DNA from: Vulcanimicrobiales bacterium
GTDB lineage: Bacteria; Vulcanimicrobiota; Vulcanimicrobiia; Vulcanimicrobiales; Vulcanimicrobiaceae
Assembly (NCBI GenBank): GCA_038231455.1
Contig: JBBRLI010000005.1
Span: 126,032 to 190,031 of the forward strand
Reading direction: 5' to 3'
DNA: 64,000 nt
The translations under genes were made by a program, and so were the position numbers. Below are positions 9,570 to 19,709 of the stretch, in pieces (within the stretch, counting starts at the first letter, position 1; every line of letters starts with the position of its first letter). The notes under the pieces are model-generated. The model was given only the letters and a program-made list of their open reading frames with translations. It was not told where the DNA came from and made no database searches.

Positions 9570-12500
9570 ATGTCCCGTCGTAGCGTACTCGTCATCGGCA
9601 GTGGTCCGATCATCATCGGACAGGCGGCCGAATTCGATTACGCCGGCGTACAAGCGTGTCGCGCGCTGCGCGAGGAAGGCCTGCGGGTCATCCTCGTCAA
9701 TTCGAATCCCGCGACCATCATGACGGATCCCGAGATCGCGGATGCCGTGTATCTTGAACCGCTCACGGTGCTCTCGCTCGAACGCATCATCGAACGCGAG
9801 CGGCCGGATGCCATGCTACCGACGCTTGGCGGTCAAACCGGATTGAATCTCGCGGTCGAACTCTCTGAGGCCGGCGTCCTTGAGAAGTACAACATCGAGT
9901 TGCTCGGCACGCCGATCGACACGATCAAACTTGCCGAAGATCGCGAGCGCTTCAAGAACAAAATGCTCGAGATCGGCGAACCCGTGCCGTCGTCGGCAAT
10001 CGTGACCGACATCGAAGCGGGCATCGCGTTTGCGGCTGACCACGACTACCCGCTCATCGTGCGCCCCGCGTACACGCTCGGCGGCACCGGCGGCGGCCTC
10101 GTTTATAACGAAGAACAGCTGCGCGAAACGCTTGGAACCGGCCTTGCGGCCTCAATCATCCATCAGGCGCTCGTCGAAACCTCGCTGCTCGGCTGGAAAG
10201 AAGTCGAGTACGAAGTGCTGCGCGACAGTGCCAACAACTGCATCATCGTCTGCAACATGGAGAACATCGACCCGGTCGGCGTACACACCGGCGATTCGAT
10301 CGTCGTTGCGCCCTCGCAGACGCTCTCCGACAAAGACTATCAGATGTTGCGCACCTCGAGCATCAAGATTATCCGCGCGCTCAACGTGCAGGGCGGCTGC
10401 AATATCCAGTTCGCGCTGCATCCCGAGCGCAGCGAATATCAGATCATCGAAGTCAACCCACGCGTTTCGCGCAGTTCGGCCCTGGCCTCAAAAGCGACCG
10501 GCTACCCCATCGCGAAAATTTCAACGAAGATCGCGCTCGGCCAAACGCTCGACGAAATCCCGAACCCCGTCACCGGCAAAACCAAAGCCGCCTACGAACC
10601 CACCCTCGACTACTGCATCGTCAAGTTCCCGCGCTGGCCGTTCGACAAATTCCCGCTCGCCGACACGCGACTGGGCACGCAGATGAAATCGACGGGCGAA
10701 GCGATGGGGATCGGCCGCACGTTTGCCGCGGCGCTCATGAAAGCGGTCCGGGGTCTCGACCTCAAATTCGAAACGCTAACCGGCGGCATGTACGAGGGCT
10801 GGAGCGACGACGAACTCGAGCGAACGCTCGTCACGCCGACGCACGAACGCCTTTTCGCCGTCTGCGAACTCTTGCGACGCGGCCGCTCCGTCGATGACCT
10901 GCACGAACTCTCAACGATCGACGAATTCTGGCTCGCCGAATTCGCCGCACTCGTCGCGCTCGAAGAACGCTTACGTGCCGGCACGGCAACACCGCAAGAC
11001 TTCGAGCTCGCAACCGAATCCGGCTATTCCAGCCGCGGCATCAATTCACTCGACACAGAATCGGTCACGCCGTACATCGTCGGCGGCGCCGCATTCCGCA
11101 TGGTCGACACGGCGGCAGCCGAATTCCCGGCACAATCGCCATACTACTATCTCTCGCGCGGCGAGACGGACGAAATGCGCACACCCACGCACGAAGCGGT
11201 GATCGTCGTCGGCAGCGGACCCATACGTATCGGGCAAGGCATCGAATTCGACTACTCGTGCGTGCACGCCGCGTGGGCCCTACGCGAAGCGGGCATGTCC
11301 CCCGTCGTTATCAACAACAACCCCGAAACCGTCTCGACCGATTTCGACGTCTCCGACGTCCTCGTCTTCGAACCACCGGGCGCCGACGAAGTCCAAGCTA
11401 CATACGAAGCAACCAAAGCGCGCGGCGTCATGCTCGCCTTCGGCGGTCAAACCGCGATCAATCTTGCGGACGAATTGACGCGTCGCGGCGTGCGCATCGT
11501 CGGCAGCGACCAAAAATCGCTCGACATGGCCGAGGACCGCGAACAATTTGACGACGCTCTCACGCGCCTAGGGGTTGCACGCCCACAAGGCCGCGCCGCA
11601 AAATCATTCCGCGAAGCCCGCGCAATCGCACGCGAACTCGGTTTCCCGGTCCTCGTCCGCCCGAGTTTCGTGCTCGGAGGCCGCGGCATGGAAATCGTCT
11701 ATAACGAAGGCCAACTCGCCTCATACGTTGAGTCGGCCCCACCGATCCAACCCAAAGCCCCGCTCTTAGTCGACAAGTACTTACGCGGTCTCGAAGTCGA
11801 AGTCGACGCCGTGTTTGATGGCGATGACATTCTGATTCCCGGCATCTTCGAACACGTCGAGCGCGCCGGCATCCACTCCGGCGATTCGATCAGCGTCTAT
11901 CCGACACAAAACGTCGACGCCGACATGGAAATCCGAATCGTCGACGTCACAACGGCGATCGCCCGCGAACTCGGCATTCGTGGCCTCATCAACATTCAAT
12001 TCGTGATCCACGAAGGCCAACTCTACATCATCGAGGCAAACCCGCGCGCAAGCCGCACGGTCCCGATCATCTCCAAAGCAACCGGCATTAACATCGTCGC
12101 GGCGGCAACGCGAATCGCCCTCGGCGAAAAACTTCGCGACATGGAATTCGGAACGGGCTTACGCCCCAAAGCCAGCTTCACGGTCGTAAAAGTTCCCGTG
12201 TTTTCGTTTGCGAAAATGCGCGGCGTCGAAACGATCCTAGGCCCGGAAATGAAGTCGACGGGCGAAGTTCTCGGCATCGACGACACGTATGCGGGAGCCT
12301 TGCGCAAAGGCTTTGTCGCGGCGGGCATTCGGATGCCGAAAACGGGCGGTCGTATCCTCGTCTCGATATCGGATGAAGAGAAGAGTGAGTCCGTCGAGCT
12401 CATGCGCCGGTACGTCAAACTCGGCTTTGCGCTTATTGCGACTCCCGGCACGCATAAACTCCTCACGGATGCGGGGCTCCCCGCCGAACGAACGAATAAA

Positions 12501-12752
12501 ATCAGTGACGGTTCGCCGCATGTGCTCGACGTGATCACCTCACGTTCGGTCGACCTCGTCATCAACAATGCGACCGGTGCGCGAGAACTCACCGACAATT
12601 ATCGCATCCGTCGGTTCGCCGTCGAAGCCAGCATCGCGTGTCTCACCAGTCTCGACACGGCAGCGGCATTGGCGAGCGCACTCGAGAACGTTGCCGGGCC
12701 GCCGCGCTCGCTGCAAGAATACCAAGCGACATTCACCGTCGGGACGCACTAG
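9570..12752 (+). CDS. carB: Carbamoyl-phosphate synthase large subunit
   Basis: Start at ATG 9570. [26 protein letters not shown] and [18 protein letters not shown]; duplicated ATP-grasp half ([26 protein letters not shown]); C-terminal MGS domain. Confidence 0.98.
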   Translation: MSRRSVLVIGSGPIIIGQAAEFDYAGVQACRALREEGLRVILVNSNPATIMTDPEIADAVYLEPLTVLSLERIIERERPDAMLPTLGGQTGLNLAVELSEAGVLEKYNIELLGTPIDTIKLAEDRERFKNKMLEIGEPVPSSAIVTDIEAGIAFAADHDYPLIVRPAYTLGGTGGGLVYNEEQLRETLGTGLAASIIHQALVETSLLGWKEVEYEVLRDSANNCIIVCNMENIDPVGVHTGDSIVVAPSQTLSDKDYQMLRTSSIKIIRALNVQGGCNIQFALHPERSEYQIIEVNPRVSRSSALASKATGYPIAKISTKIALGQTLDEIPNPVTGKTKAAYEPTLDYCIVKFPRWPFDKFPLADTRLGTQMKSTGEAMGIGRTFAAALMKAVRGLDLKFETLTGGMYEGWSDDELERTLVTPTHERLFAVCELLRRGRSVDDLHELSTIDEFWLAEFAALVALEERLRAGTATPQDFELATESGYSSRGINSLDTESVTPYIVGGAAFRMVDTAAAEFPAQSPYYYLSRGETDEMRTPTHEAVIVVGSGPIRIGQGIEFDYSCVHAAWALREAGMSPVVINNNPETVSTDFDVSDVLVFEPPGADEVQATYEATKARGVMLAFGGQTAINLADELTRRGVRIVGSDQKSLDMAEDREQFDDALTRLGVARPQGRAAKSFREARAIARELGFPVLVRPSFVLGGRGMEIVYNEGQLASYVESAPPIQPKAPLLVDKYLRGLEVEVDAVFDGDDILIPGIFEHVERAGIHSGDSISVYPTQNVDADMEIRIVDVTTAIARELGIRGLINIQFVIHEGQLYIIEANPRASRTVPIISKATGINIVAAATRIALGEKLRDMEFGTGLRPKASFTVVKVPVFSFAKMRGVETILGPEMKSTGEVLGIDDTYAGALRKGFVAAGIRMPKTGGRILVSISDEEKSESVELMRRYVKLGFALIATPGTHKLLTDAGLPAERTNKISDGSPHVLDVITSRSVDLVINNATGARELTDNYRIRRFAVEASIACLTSLDTAAALASALENVAGPPRSLQEYQATFTVGTH

Positions 12753-12754
12753 CG

Positions 12755-13108
12755 ATGAACGGTTCGCTCGATGCAAAGAAGCGAACCCGGGCGACGATGA
12801 TCGCCGTTATCGTCGGGCTCACGCTCTTTGTGATCGACGTGTTCGCATTCAACGGGGACGATTTTACCTACGTGATCGCCGGCGTCATCACCGCGATGAT
12901 GGCCGCAAAGTGGCTCCTTGCGTGGACGCCGCTCCGCGCGAGCGAACGACTCCGCTTGGTGGTCCTCGCATTTGTTCCGTGGATCATCGCCTACGCGGAC
13001 CCTTATCCGTCCCTTCGAGGCGCCGCCGTCGCTAATATCGTTTGTTTGGCCTGGCGATTCTGGTCCAGCGGTCGATCAGCGGCCGCGTTTAGTAGGCCGC
13101 GTTTGTGA
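12755..13108 (+). CDS. Hypothetical membrane protein (~117 aa, about 4 hydrophobic segments)
   Basis: ATG 2 nt after the carB stop; hydrophobic helices throughout. Confidence 0.65.
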   Translation: MNGSLDAKKRTRATMIAVIVGLTLFVIDVFAFNGDDFTYVIAGVITAMMAAKWLLAWTPLRASERLRLVVLAFVPWIIAYADPYPSLRGAAVANIVCLAWRFWSSGRSAAAFSRPRL

Positions 13109-14189
13109 GGCGGGCGGTCGAAGCGCCCGCGCCGAGTACGATGTGAAGCACGTGATGCAGCGGGGATGGCGCGAGCGCATCTTCGATGGTGAGTCGGAAT
13201 GACGAGCCAAGTCGGATGCCGCCGCCGAGGACGGTTTGGCGTGCAAACGAACCAATGGAATCGCTCGTCCCTTCGTAGCGCATTTCAAGATAGGTCCTCG
13301 GCCGCACATCGTAGCGAAGTTGCGCGATTCCGCCCGACCCAGTGGCATGCGTACCGTCGCCGACATCGCCGTCGCGAGCGATGCCGAGTTGGGTTTCAAA
13401 TGTCCATGGACCACGAAACGCGGTCACCGAAGCGATCGCGCGAACGAACCGGTCCGTCCCCCCGTTTCTACCCGTTGGGCGGCCGCCAGCGTAGGTGAGG
13501 AGCGCAACAGTAAGTTGCGGGCGCCGCAATTTCAGCGAGAACGCGGTATCGAACGAACGTTGCGGAACGCCAGAATTCGCTTCATGGCCTGCGAGGACGA
13601 GCGCACCCACTTCGACTCCGAGAAACGGGTCGCCAAGATAGACGGCGATTTGTGGATGGGTGGCGCCGAGAACAAACGGATTGGCGCCGATCGATTGATC
13701 GTCAAGAAGATAATTTGTGTGAAGATCGCGGTATCGATCGGGACTGATCTGCAGGGGTAAGCTATCGGCGCCCACGAGCGCGCGAAAACGGGTTTGGTGG
13801 TAGTCGAGATAGGCTTCGCGGGTGCCGGCGATTCGGCCGCCGTCGACGATTCGTTGCTCTGCTGCAACTGAAACGGTCCGCGAGATGGCATCGGCAAACG
13901 TCAGCGTCAGATAGTCGTTGATCGTCTTTGGCAAGCCCGACTGATTGCCGTCGCTCACGTAGGCTCCGGTTACCTTCAAAGCAACGATGGGCCGCTGACC
14001 GATCGGCGCGAGCCGATTGCTCCGCGCTCGATACGCGTTGCCGATGCCGGTCAACTCCGCTGTGGACGCATGGCAGGCGGTACAGGCAAGTCCGGTGAGC
14101 GCGGAGTCGCGCACCGATGCACGTGCGGCTGACGGGAGAATCGCGCAAGTAACGGCGAGCAAGACGACCCACGATTCAAACCGGCGCAC
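13089..14189 (-). CDS. Cyc2-like outer-membrane monoheme cytochrome c / beta-barrel fusion
   Basis: GTG 14189 with GAGGG upstream. Signal peptide ends ...PSAARA, followed by TGLACTACHASTAELTGIGNAYR (CxxCH at 14070-14084), then amphipathic beta-strands and a terminal Tyr. Confidence 0.7.
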   Translation of the reverse strand: MRRFESWVVLLAVTCAILPSAARASVRDSALTGLACTACHASTAELTGIGNAYRARSNRLAPIGQRPIVALKVTGAYVSDGNQSGLPKTINDYLTLTFADAISRTVSVAAEQRIVDGGRIAGTREAYLDYHQTRFRALVGADSLPLQISPDRYRDLHTNYLLDDQSIGANPFVLGATHPQIAVYLGDPFLGVEVGALVLAGHEANSGVPQRSFDTAFSLKLRRPQLTVALLTYAGGRPTGRNGGTDRFVRAIASVTAFRGPWTFETQLGIARDGDVGDGTHATGSGGIAQLRYDVRPRTYLEMRYEGTSDSIGSFARQTVLGGGIRLGSSFRLTIEDALAPSPLHHVLHIVLGAGASTARLTNAAY

Positions 14190-14280
14190 AGAGCGCGTCG
14201 TTCCCTCGACGAGGCGACGTGCCTTCCAGGTCGGCGAGCGAAAGGCCCGGCCGGGCGTTCGTCCGTACTCAAAGAGCGCG

Positions 14281-15024
14281 ATGAATGAACGACCGGCAAG
14301 CGATGCGCGCATCTATATCTTAGGCGGCAACGCGAGCACGCTCGCCTTCGTCTCGAGTCTGCGTCCCGATAATCGCCAGATCACGGCCTGGCTTGCGCCG
14401 CTTGCATGGACCCCTGTGGGGGTCGTGGTTGGCGAAGGGTGGCAGCGCGTTAATATCGCCGCGGACAACGTGCCTGGTTGGGTCGATCAAACGTTCTCGC
14501 CGGAGGACGACCGCGCATTCGTCTCGTCCTTACGCGATTTAGAGATGCTGATCCGCATCGGCTGGCATTCGGAGGCGCCGATCGCCCTCACCGAAGAGTT
14601 GGTCCTCAATCCCGAAGATCTCCCTGAAGACGTCCTCGATGCTCTAGCACATCCCGAAGAGCAGTTGACGCAGTGCGCGGTTTGCCGGCGCACGTGTGTA
14701 CGCGACCATTTTGTGTGGAATGAACGCCGCTTGTGCGCGTGGGACTACCATGCAACGGTCTTTGGAAAGCGCGGCCCGTGGCAAGCAAAACCGTACGAAG
14801 AGCGATACTTCGAAACGCTTCCAGCGGCAAAATACGTCGCTCAAGGATTACTTGAAGATGTCGGCGTCGATGCGATCCTCGCACTCGATGACATCGAGGA
14901 ACAGCTCGTTCGGAAGATCGTGAACGAAGTGATGGAGGCCGAGCCTGACAGCGCACACTTAGCGGTGCGGACGGAACGTGGCATGACGCTCTTGCGCGAA
15001 CGTCCGCCGGAGCCGCGGCCCTGA
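14281..15024 (+). CDS. Hypothetical protein with Cys/His (putative Zn-finger) motif
   Basis: ATG 14281; CAVCRRTC-x12-CAWDYH at 14674-14751; first gene of the pbpA-pknB run. Confidence 0.75.
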   Translation: MNERPASDARIYILGGNASTLAFVSSLRPDNRQITAWLAPLAWTPVGVVVGEGWQRVNIAADNVPGWVDQTFSPEDDRAFVSSLRDLEMLIRIGWHSEAPIALTEELVLNPEDLPEDVLDALAHPEEQLTQCAVCRRTCVRDHFVWNERRLCAWDYHATVFGKRGPWQAKPYEERYFETLPAAKYVAQGLLEDVGVDAILALDDIEEQLVRKIVNEVMEAEPDSAHLAVRTERGMTLLRERPPEPRP

Positions 15025-16436
15025 CCGATCGCGCGATCGCACGGCTGGGACAACTCTTCGTCGTCCTCTTTGCGATCATCGCGCTGCGCCAACTGTGGGT
15101 GCAGGTGATCGATGGTCCGCGGCTGGCCGATGATGCGCACAATCCGCGGCATGCGATGCTCGCAACGGGCCGCGGTTCGATCGTGGCAAGCGATGGAACG
15201 CCGCTTGCGATCACGCGTGGCGAGAAGCGGGTGTACCCGCAGAGTGACATCATCGTACACGCCGTTGGATACGCATCCGCGCAATACGGTACATTTGGTT
15301 TGGAGGACGCATTCAATTCGGTTCTCGCTGCGCGTCCGATTGCCAACGACCCGATCGCGCAAGCCCGCGCCGTATTCGGGTCAAAACATGCCGAGCCGCG
15401 CGGCGCCGACGTTGTCACGACGATCGACATCCCGATCCAGCGCGCGCTTATGGCGGGGCTCTCGCAACATGCGCGCGCCGCTGGCGTGGTACTCGACCCG
15501 CGCACGGGTGCCGTACTCGCGCTCGGATCGGTTCCGGTATTCGATCCGAACAAGCTGAGCGCGCAATTTCCCAAGCTGTTGGTCGATCCGGCAAAGCCCC
15601 TCATCGACCGCAGTATCGACGGTCTCTATCCGCCGGGCTCGACGTTCAAGATCGTTACCGCCGCCGATGCGCTCGATGCGGGCGTCGTCACGATGGAATC
15701 GAAATTCAACGATCCGGGCGGCTATACGATTGGCAATTTCACGGTGAAGAACGATGAAGAAGAACGCACCGGAACGCAAGATCTCACCGGCGCCTTTGCG
15801 CTCTCGAGCAACGTGGACTTTGCGATGATCGGCGTTCAGCTCGGCGTCGATCGATGGGTCGAGTATGCACACCGCTGGGGGCTGGGCGATTCGCTCTCGT
15901 TCGATCTGCCCGCAACGCGAGACCACATCCCGAAAAAAGAGACGATCTCGCCCTCGATCCTCGCGCAGCTCGCATTCGGTCAGGCTGACTTGCTGGTCAC
16001 CCCGATGCGTATGGCCGTTATCGGGGCGGCAATTGCGAACGGCGGGACGGTCCCCCGGCCCTATCTCGTGCGTCGGATCGCCGGCGAAAAGACGGGGCTT
16101 GCCGTGAAGGCCGAACAGCTCGCGCAGCCGATCTCCGCCGAGACCGCAGCGCACGTGCGCGATATGATGATCCAGGTCGTCAAGCGCGGGACCGGGACGG
16201 CTGCGGCACTCCCAAACGTCACCGTCGCCGGAAAGACCGGGACGGCCACCAATCCCGCTGGCCGCTCTCACGCCTGGTTCGTCGCCTTCGCTCCGGCTGA
16301 GGCGCCGGTGGTCGCCGTTGCCATCGTCGTTGAAAATGTTGGGTATGGCGGCACGTATGCCGCACCCATCGCACGAAACGTTTTGCGGGTCGCCCTGGCC
16401 CGGCAGCGAACCTCCGCAGTAGGCAATGTACCGTGA
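15021..16436 (+). CDS. pbpA: Class B penicillin-binding protein (PbpA-like transpeptidase), probable CTG start
   Basis: PGSTFK (SxxK), SSN (SxN) and KTGTA motifs. The N-terminal TM anchor lies upstream of the GTG at 15099, and the only plausible start before it is CTG 15021. Confidence 0.9.
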   Translation: MTDRAIARLGQLFVVLFAIIALRQLWVQVIDGPRLADDAHNPRHAMLATGRGSIVASDGTPLAITRGEKRVYPQSDIIVHAVGYASAQYGTFGLEDAFNSVLAARPIANDPIAQARAVFGSKHAEPRGADVVTTIDIPIQRALMAGLSQHARAAGVVLDPRTGAVLALGSVPVFDPNKLSAQFPKLLVDPAKPLIDRSIDGLYPPGSTFKIVTAADALDAGVVTMESKFNDPGGYTIGNFTVKNDEEERTGTQDLTGAFALSSNVDFAMIGVQLGVDRWVEYAHRWGLGDSLSFDLPATRDHIPKKETISPSILAQLAFGQADLLVTPMRMAVIGAAIANGGTVPRPYLVRRIAGEKTGLAVKAEQLAQPISAETAAHVRDMMIQVVKRGTGTAAALPNVTVAGKTGTATNPAGRSHAWFVAFAPAEAPVVAVAIVVENVGYGGTYAAPIARNVLRVALARQRTSAVGNVP

Positions 16437-18541
16437 ACGAACGCATCTTTAACAACCGCTACCGCATCGAAAGCCGCCTTGGCAACGGCGGTATGGCGAT
16501 CGTCTACGCCGGCACGGATACGTTGCTGCGCCGCCGCGTCGCCGTCAAAGTGTTGCGCGATCAATATGCGGCGGATGACGATTTTGTGAAGCGCTTCTAT
16601 TACGAAGCACAGTCCGCAGCGAAACTCTCGCATCCCAATATCGTCAACGTGTACGACGTTGGTCGCGAAGGCGACGAGTACTTCATCGTCATGGAACTCG
16701 TCGACGGCGAGACATTGGCCGAGCAAATCGGACCGCACAAGTCGATCCCCGAAACGGTCGCGATCGACTACGCGGCGCAGATTGCAAGTGGCCTTGCCTA
16801 CGCCCACCGGCAAGGCATCCTGCACCGCGATATCAAGCCCGCCAACATCTTGATCACCAAAGACGATGTCGTGAAGCTTTCCGATTTTGGTATCGCGCGC
16901 GCAGTCGCCGAAAACGCAAGCGGCGTCACGCAGCCGGGCATGGTGATGGGTAGCGTCTATTACATTTCTCCCGAGCAAGCGCAAGGATTCGAGATCGACG
17001 AGACATCCGATCTCTACGCGCTCGGTGTGGTCATCTATCAGTTGATCACCCGCACCTTACCGTACGTTGGCGATAACCCGGTCACCGTCGCGCTCAAACA
17101 CGTGAGCGATCCGGTGCCGGTCTTACCCGAGGGTAGTGCGAGCCCCGCGCTTGCCTCGATCGTCACGCGACTCTTGCAGAAGAATCCGCGCGATCGGTTC
17201 CAATCCGCAAGCGATGTCGCGACGGCCTTGCGCGAAGCGCGCGAACGCCCCACCGTCATGCAGAACGTGGGTGTCGGCGCGATGGCGGACGGTGCGACGA
17301 TGCCGATCCCGATCGTGCGCGCGCCACAACCTCCGCCTCGCCGCGCTTCCTCTGCAGAACGTCCGCTGCTTCAGGATCACACGCCGCCGAACGGTGTCCC
17401 GCGCGTGCCGCTCGAGGTCGTACAGCCGGGTCCGCGACAGCCGGCGATCTGGATCGGTCTGCTCGCCCTGTTGCTCGTCGCCGCAACGGCCGGCTTCATC
17501 TTGTTTGGCCGTTCGACAGCGCTGTTCGGGCCGCCGAAGAATATTGCGCTCCCGGATCTCTCCGGCGAGTCCTCCGCGCAGGCTCAACAAGCGATCATCA
17601 AACTGGGGCTCGTCCCGCGCGTCAGCGTAACGACCGATCCGAGCGTCGCGCCCGACCGCGTCATCAGTGAATTACCGGCGAGCGGGACGAAACTCGCGCA
17701 AGGCGACGTCGTTGCGCTCGTCGTGAGCAGTGGTGCGCCGCTCGTCGACGTCCCCGACGTCCGGGGCTACACCCGCGCCGCAGCGCAGCGCGAACTCGAC
17801 CAAACCAAATTCAAAGCGCGCTTCGATGAAAAGTTCGGAAAAGAACCCAAAGACACCGTCATTGCCGAGTCCGGCATCGGTACGCGTTTACGCGAGGGTT
17901 CGGTCATCACGCTCGTAGTTTCCAAAGGTCTCGAACTGCCGCTGGTGCCGAGCGTCGTGAGTTTACCGCTTGACGATGCCACCGCACAGTTAGCAAAGAT
18001 CGGACTCAAACTTGTCGTCACCGACCGTCAGGCAAGTGACAACATTCCCGCCAATACGATTGCCTCGCAAGATCCCAAAAGCGGTGTGCGCGTCGATCCG
18101 GGCACGACAATCCAGGTGGTCTTGAGTACCGGCGCGTCGCTCATCGGCGTTCCCGATGTTGGCGATAAGACGCGCGGCGAGGCAAGTGATGCGCTGCGCG
18201 CCGCCGGGTTCGTGCCCGACATCGGGTACAGCGTGCAGCCCTCGGATGCAAGTGGAAAAGTGATCTCGCAAACGCCCGCCGCAAGCGTGCAAGCACATCG
18301 CGGATCGACCGTTAAACTTCTCATCGCCGTGCCGGGCACCGTGCCGGATGTCTCTGGTATGACCCTGGTCGATGCCAAGCACGCGATCGAACTTGCGGGC
18401 TATAGCGTTGGTAACATTACCTACGTTCAAACGGGTGAAGAAGGCAAAGTCATCCGCACGGAACCCGAAGCCAACGCCTCGCTCACACCCGGCGGCGCCG
18501 CCGTCACGCTGTACTACAACCAGCCGAGCGCGCCGAAATAG
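16433..18541 (+). CDS. pknB: Ser/Thr protein kinase with five PASTA repeats (PknB/PrkC/Stk1)
   Basis: LGNGGMA, VAVKVL, HRDIKPAN, DFGIAR and YISPEQ motifs; TM helix; five PASTA-type repeats (e.g. VPDV). Confidence 0.96.
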   Translation: MNERIFNNRYRIESRLGNGGMAIVYAGTDTLLRRRVAVKVLRDQYAADDDFVKRFYYEAQSAAKLSHPNIVNVYDVGREGDEYFIVMELVDGETLAEQIGPHKSIPETVAIDYAAQIASGLAYAHRQGILHRDIKPANILITKDDVVKLSDFGIARAVAENASGVTQPGMVMGSVYYISPEQAQGFEIDETSDLYALGVVIYQLITRTLPYVGDNPVTVALKHVSDPVPVLPEGSASPALASIVTRLLQKNPRDRFQSASDVATALREARERPTVMQNVGVGAMADGATMPIPIVRAPQPPPRRASSAERPLLQDHTPPNGVPRVPLEVVQPGPRQPAIWIGLLALLLVAATAGFILFGRSTALFGPPKNIALPDLSGESSAQAQQAIIKLGLVPRVSVTTDPSVAPDRVISELPASGTKLAQGDVVALVVSSGAPLVDVPDVRGYTRAAAQRELDQTKFKARFDEKFGKEPKDTVIAESGIGTRLREGSVITLVVSKGLELPLVPSVVSLPLDDATAQLAKIGLKLVVTDRQASDNIPANTIASQDPKSGVRVDPGTTIQVVLSTGASLIGVPDVGDKTRGEASDALRAAGFVPDIGYSVQPSDASGKVISQTPAASVQAHRGSTVKLLIAVPGTVPDVSGMTLVDAKHAIELAGYSVGNITYVQTGEEGKVIRTEPEANASLTPGGAAVTLYYNQPSAPK

Positions 18542-19089
18542 TGCGCCGTATCCTCGGTGTCGATCCGGGATTGCGAACGACGGGGTATGGCGTGATCGCC
18601 TGCGAGAACGGGCGGTACACCCTTGTCGAGGGCGGCGTCCTCCAGCCCTCGCCGAATGTGCCGCTCGAAAAGCGCCTTGCGCAGTTGCACGCGGGGATGG
18701 TCGACGTCGTGCAAACGACCAAACCCGATTGCATGGTCGTCGAAGAGCTGTGGACCAATTATAAAAATCCGACGACGGCCGTACTTATGGGACACGCGCG
18801 CGGCGTGATTGCGCTTGCGGCAGGCACGGCCGGTATCCCAATGCACGACCTCGCACATTCGCTCGTAAAACGTGCGCTCGCCGGCAGCGGTTCTGCGAAG
18901 AAAGATCAGGTCGGCGGGATGGTTGTCGCACTGCTCGGATTGAAGAAATTGCCAACACCAAACGACGTGACTGACGCGCTCGCCCTTGCGATCGCGTTCG
19001 CCAATATCGAAATGCAAAACGAACGCTTTGCCGATCGCGGTGTGAGGTTGCCAACGCGCCGTTCGATTCCGACGCAGCTCGCGCGTTAG
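18541..19089 (+). CDS. ruvC: Holliday junction resolvase RuvC
   Basis: ILGVDPGLRTTGYG, VVEE, GHARGV and PNDVTDALALA motifs. Confidence 0.96.
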   Translation: MRRILGVDPGLRTTGYGVIACENGRYTLVEGGVLQPSPNVPLEKRLAQLHAGMVDVVQTTKPDCMVVEELWTNYKNPTTAVLMGHARGVIALAAGTAGIPMHDLAHSLVKRALAGSGSAKKDQVGGMVVALLGLKKLPTPNDVTDALALAIAFANIEMQNERFADRGVRLPTRRSIPTQLAR

Positions 19090-19091
19090 CG

Positions 19092-19709
19092 ATGTTCTCA
19101 CGTATTTCCGGATCGCTGGTCGAACGCGGCGACGATTATGCGATTCTCGAGACAGGGGGGCTGGGCTACGAAGTCTTCTTGCCGCCGTGCGTCGCTGAAA
19201 AAGTCTCGAGCACTATGGGCGCAGCGGTAGCCCTTGAGATCTACGCGCAACTCTCGATCGACGGCAACGCCGGACGCTTCACCTATTTTGGATTTACCAA
19301 CGGCGTCGAACGCGAATTTTTCGAGGCGCTCATCTCCGTTGCAAGTATCGGCCCGAAGTCGGCGGCACGCGCGTTTTCCGCGCCCATGGCACGTATCGCT
19401 CGCGCGATCGACGAAGGCGATCACGTCTTCCTGAAAACGTTGCCGGGGATCGGACAGCAGAAGGCGCGCGACATCGTCGCGAAACTCCAAGGTAAAGTGA
19501 CCCGCTTTCTGCTGATCCAAGACGCGCCCGATGCCGCGCTGCCGCCGATACCGGATTTCGCAACCGAAGCGCTAGCCGTGCTCTTGCAACTCGCCTATAA
19601 GCGTCCGGAAGCCGAGGCCATGATCGCGCAGACGCTCGAGAGCGCGCCGCAGATCGCCGATGCCGAGTCGCTCCTCGCCGAGATTTACCGGCGTCGGCCG
19701 CGCACGTGA
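19092..19709 (+). CDS. ruvA: Holliday junction branch migration protein RuvA
   Basis: [29 protein letters not shown] and LPGIGQQKA HhH motifs; lies between ruvC and ruvB. Confidence 0.95.
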   Translation: MFSRISGSLVERGDDYAILETGGLGYEVFLPPCVAEKVSSTMGAAVALEIYAQLSIDGNAGRFTYFGFTNGVEREFFEALISVASIGPKSAARAFSAPMARIARAIDEGDHVFLKTLPGIGQQKARDIVAKLQGKVTRFLLIQDAPDAALPPIPDFATEALAVLLQLAYKRPEAEAMIAQTLESAPQIADAESLLAEIYRRRPRT

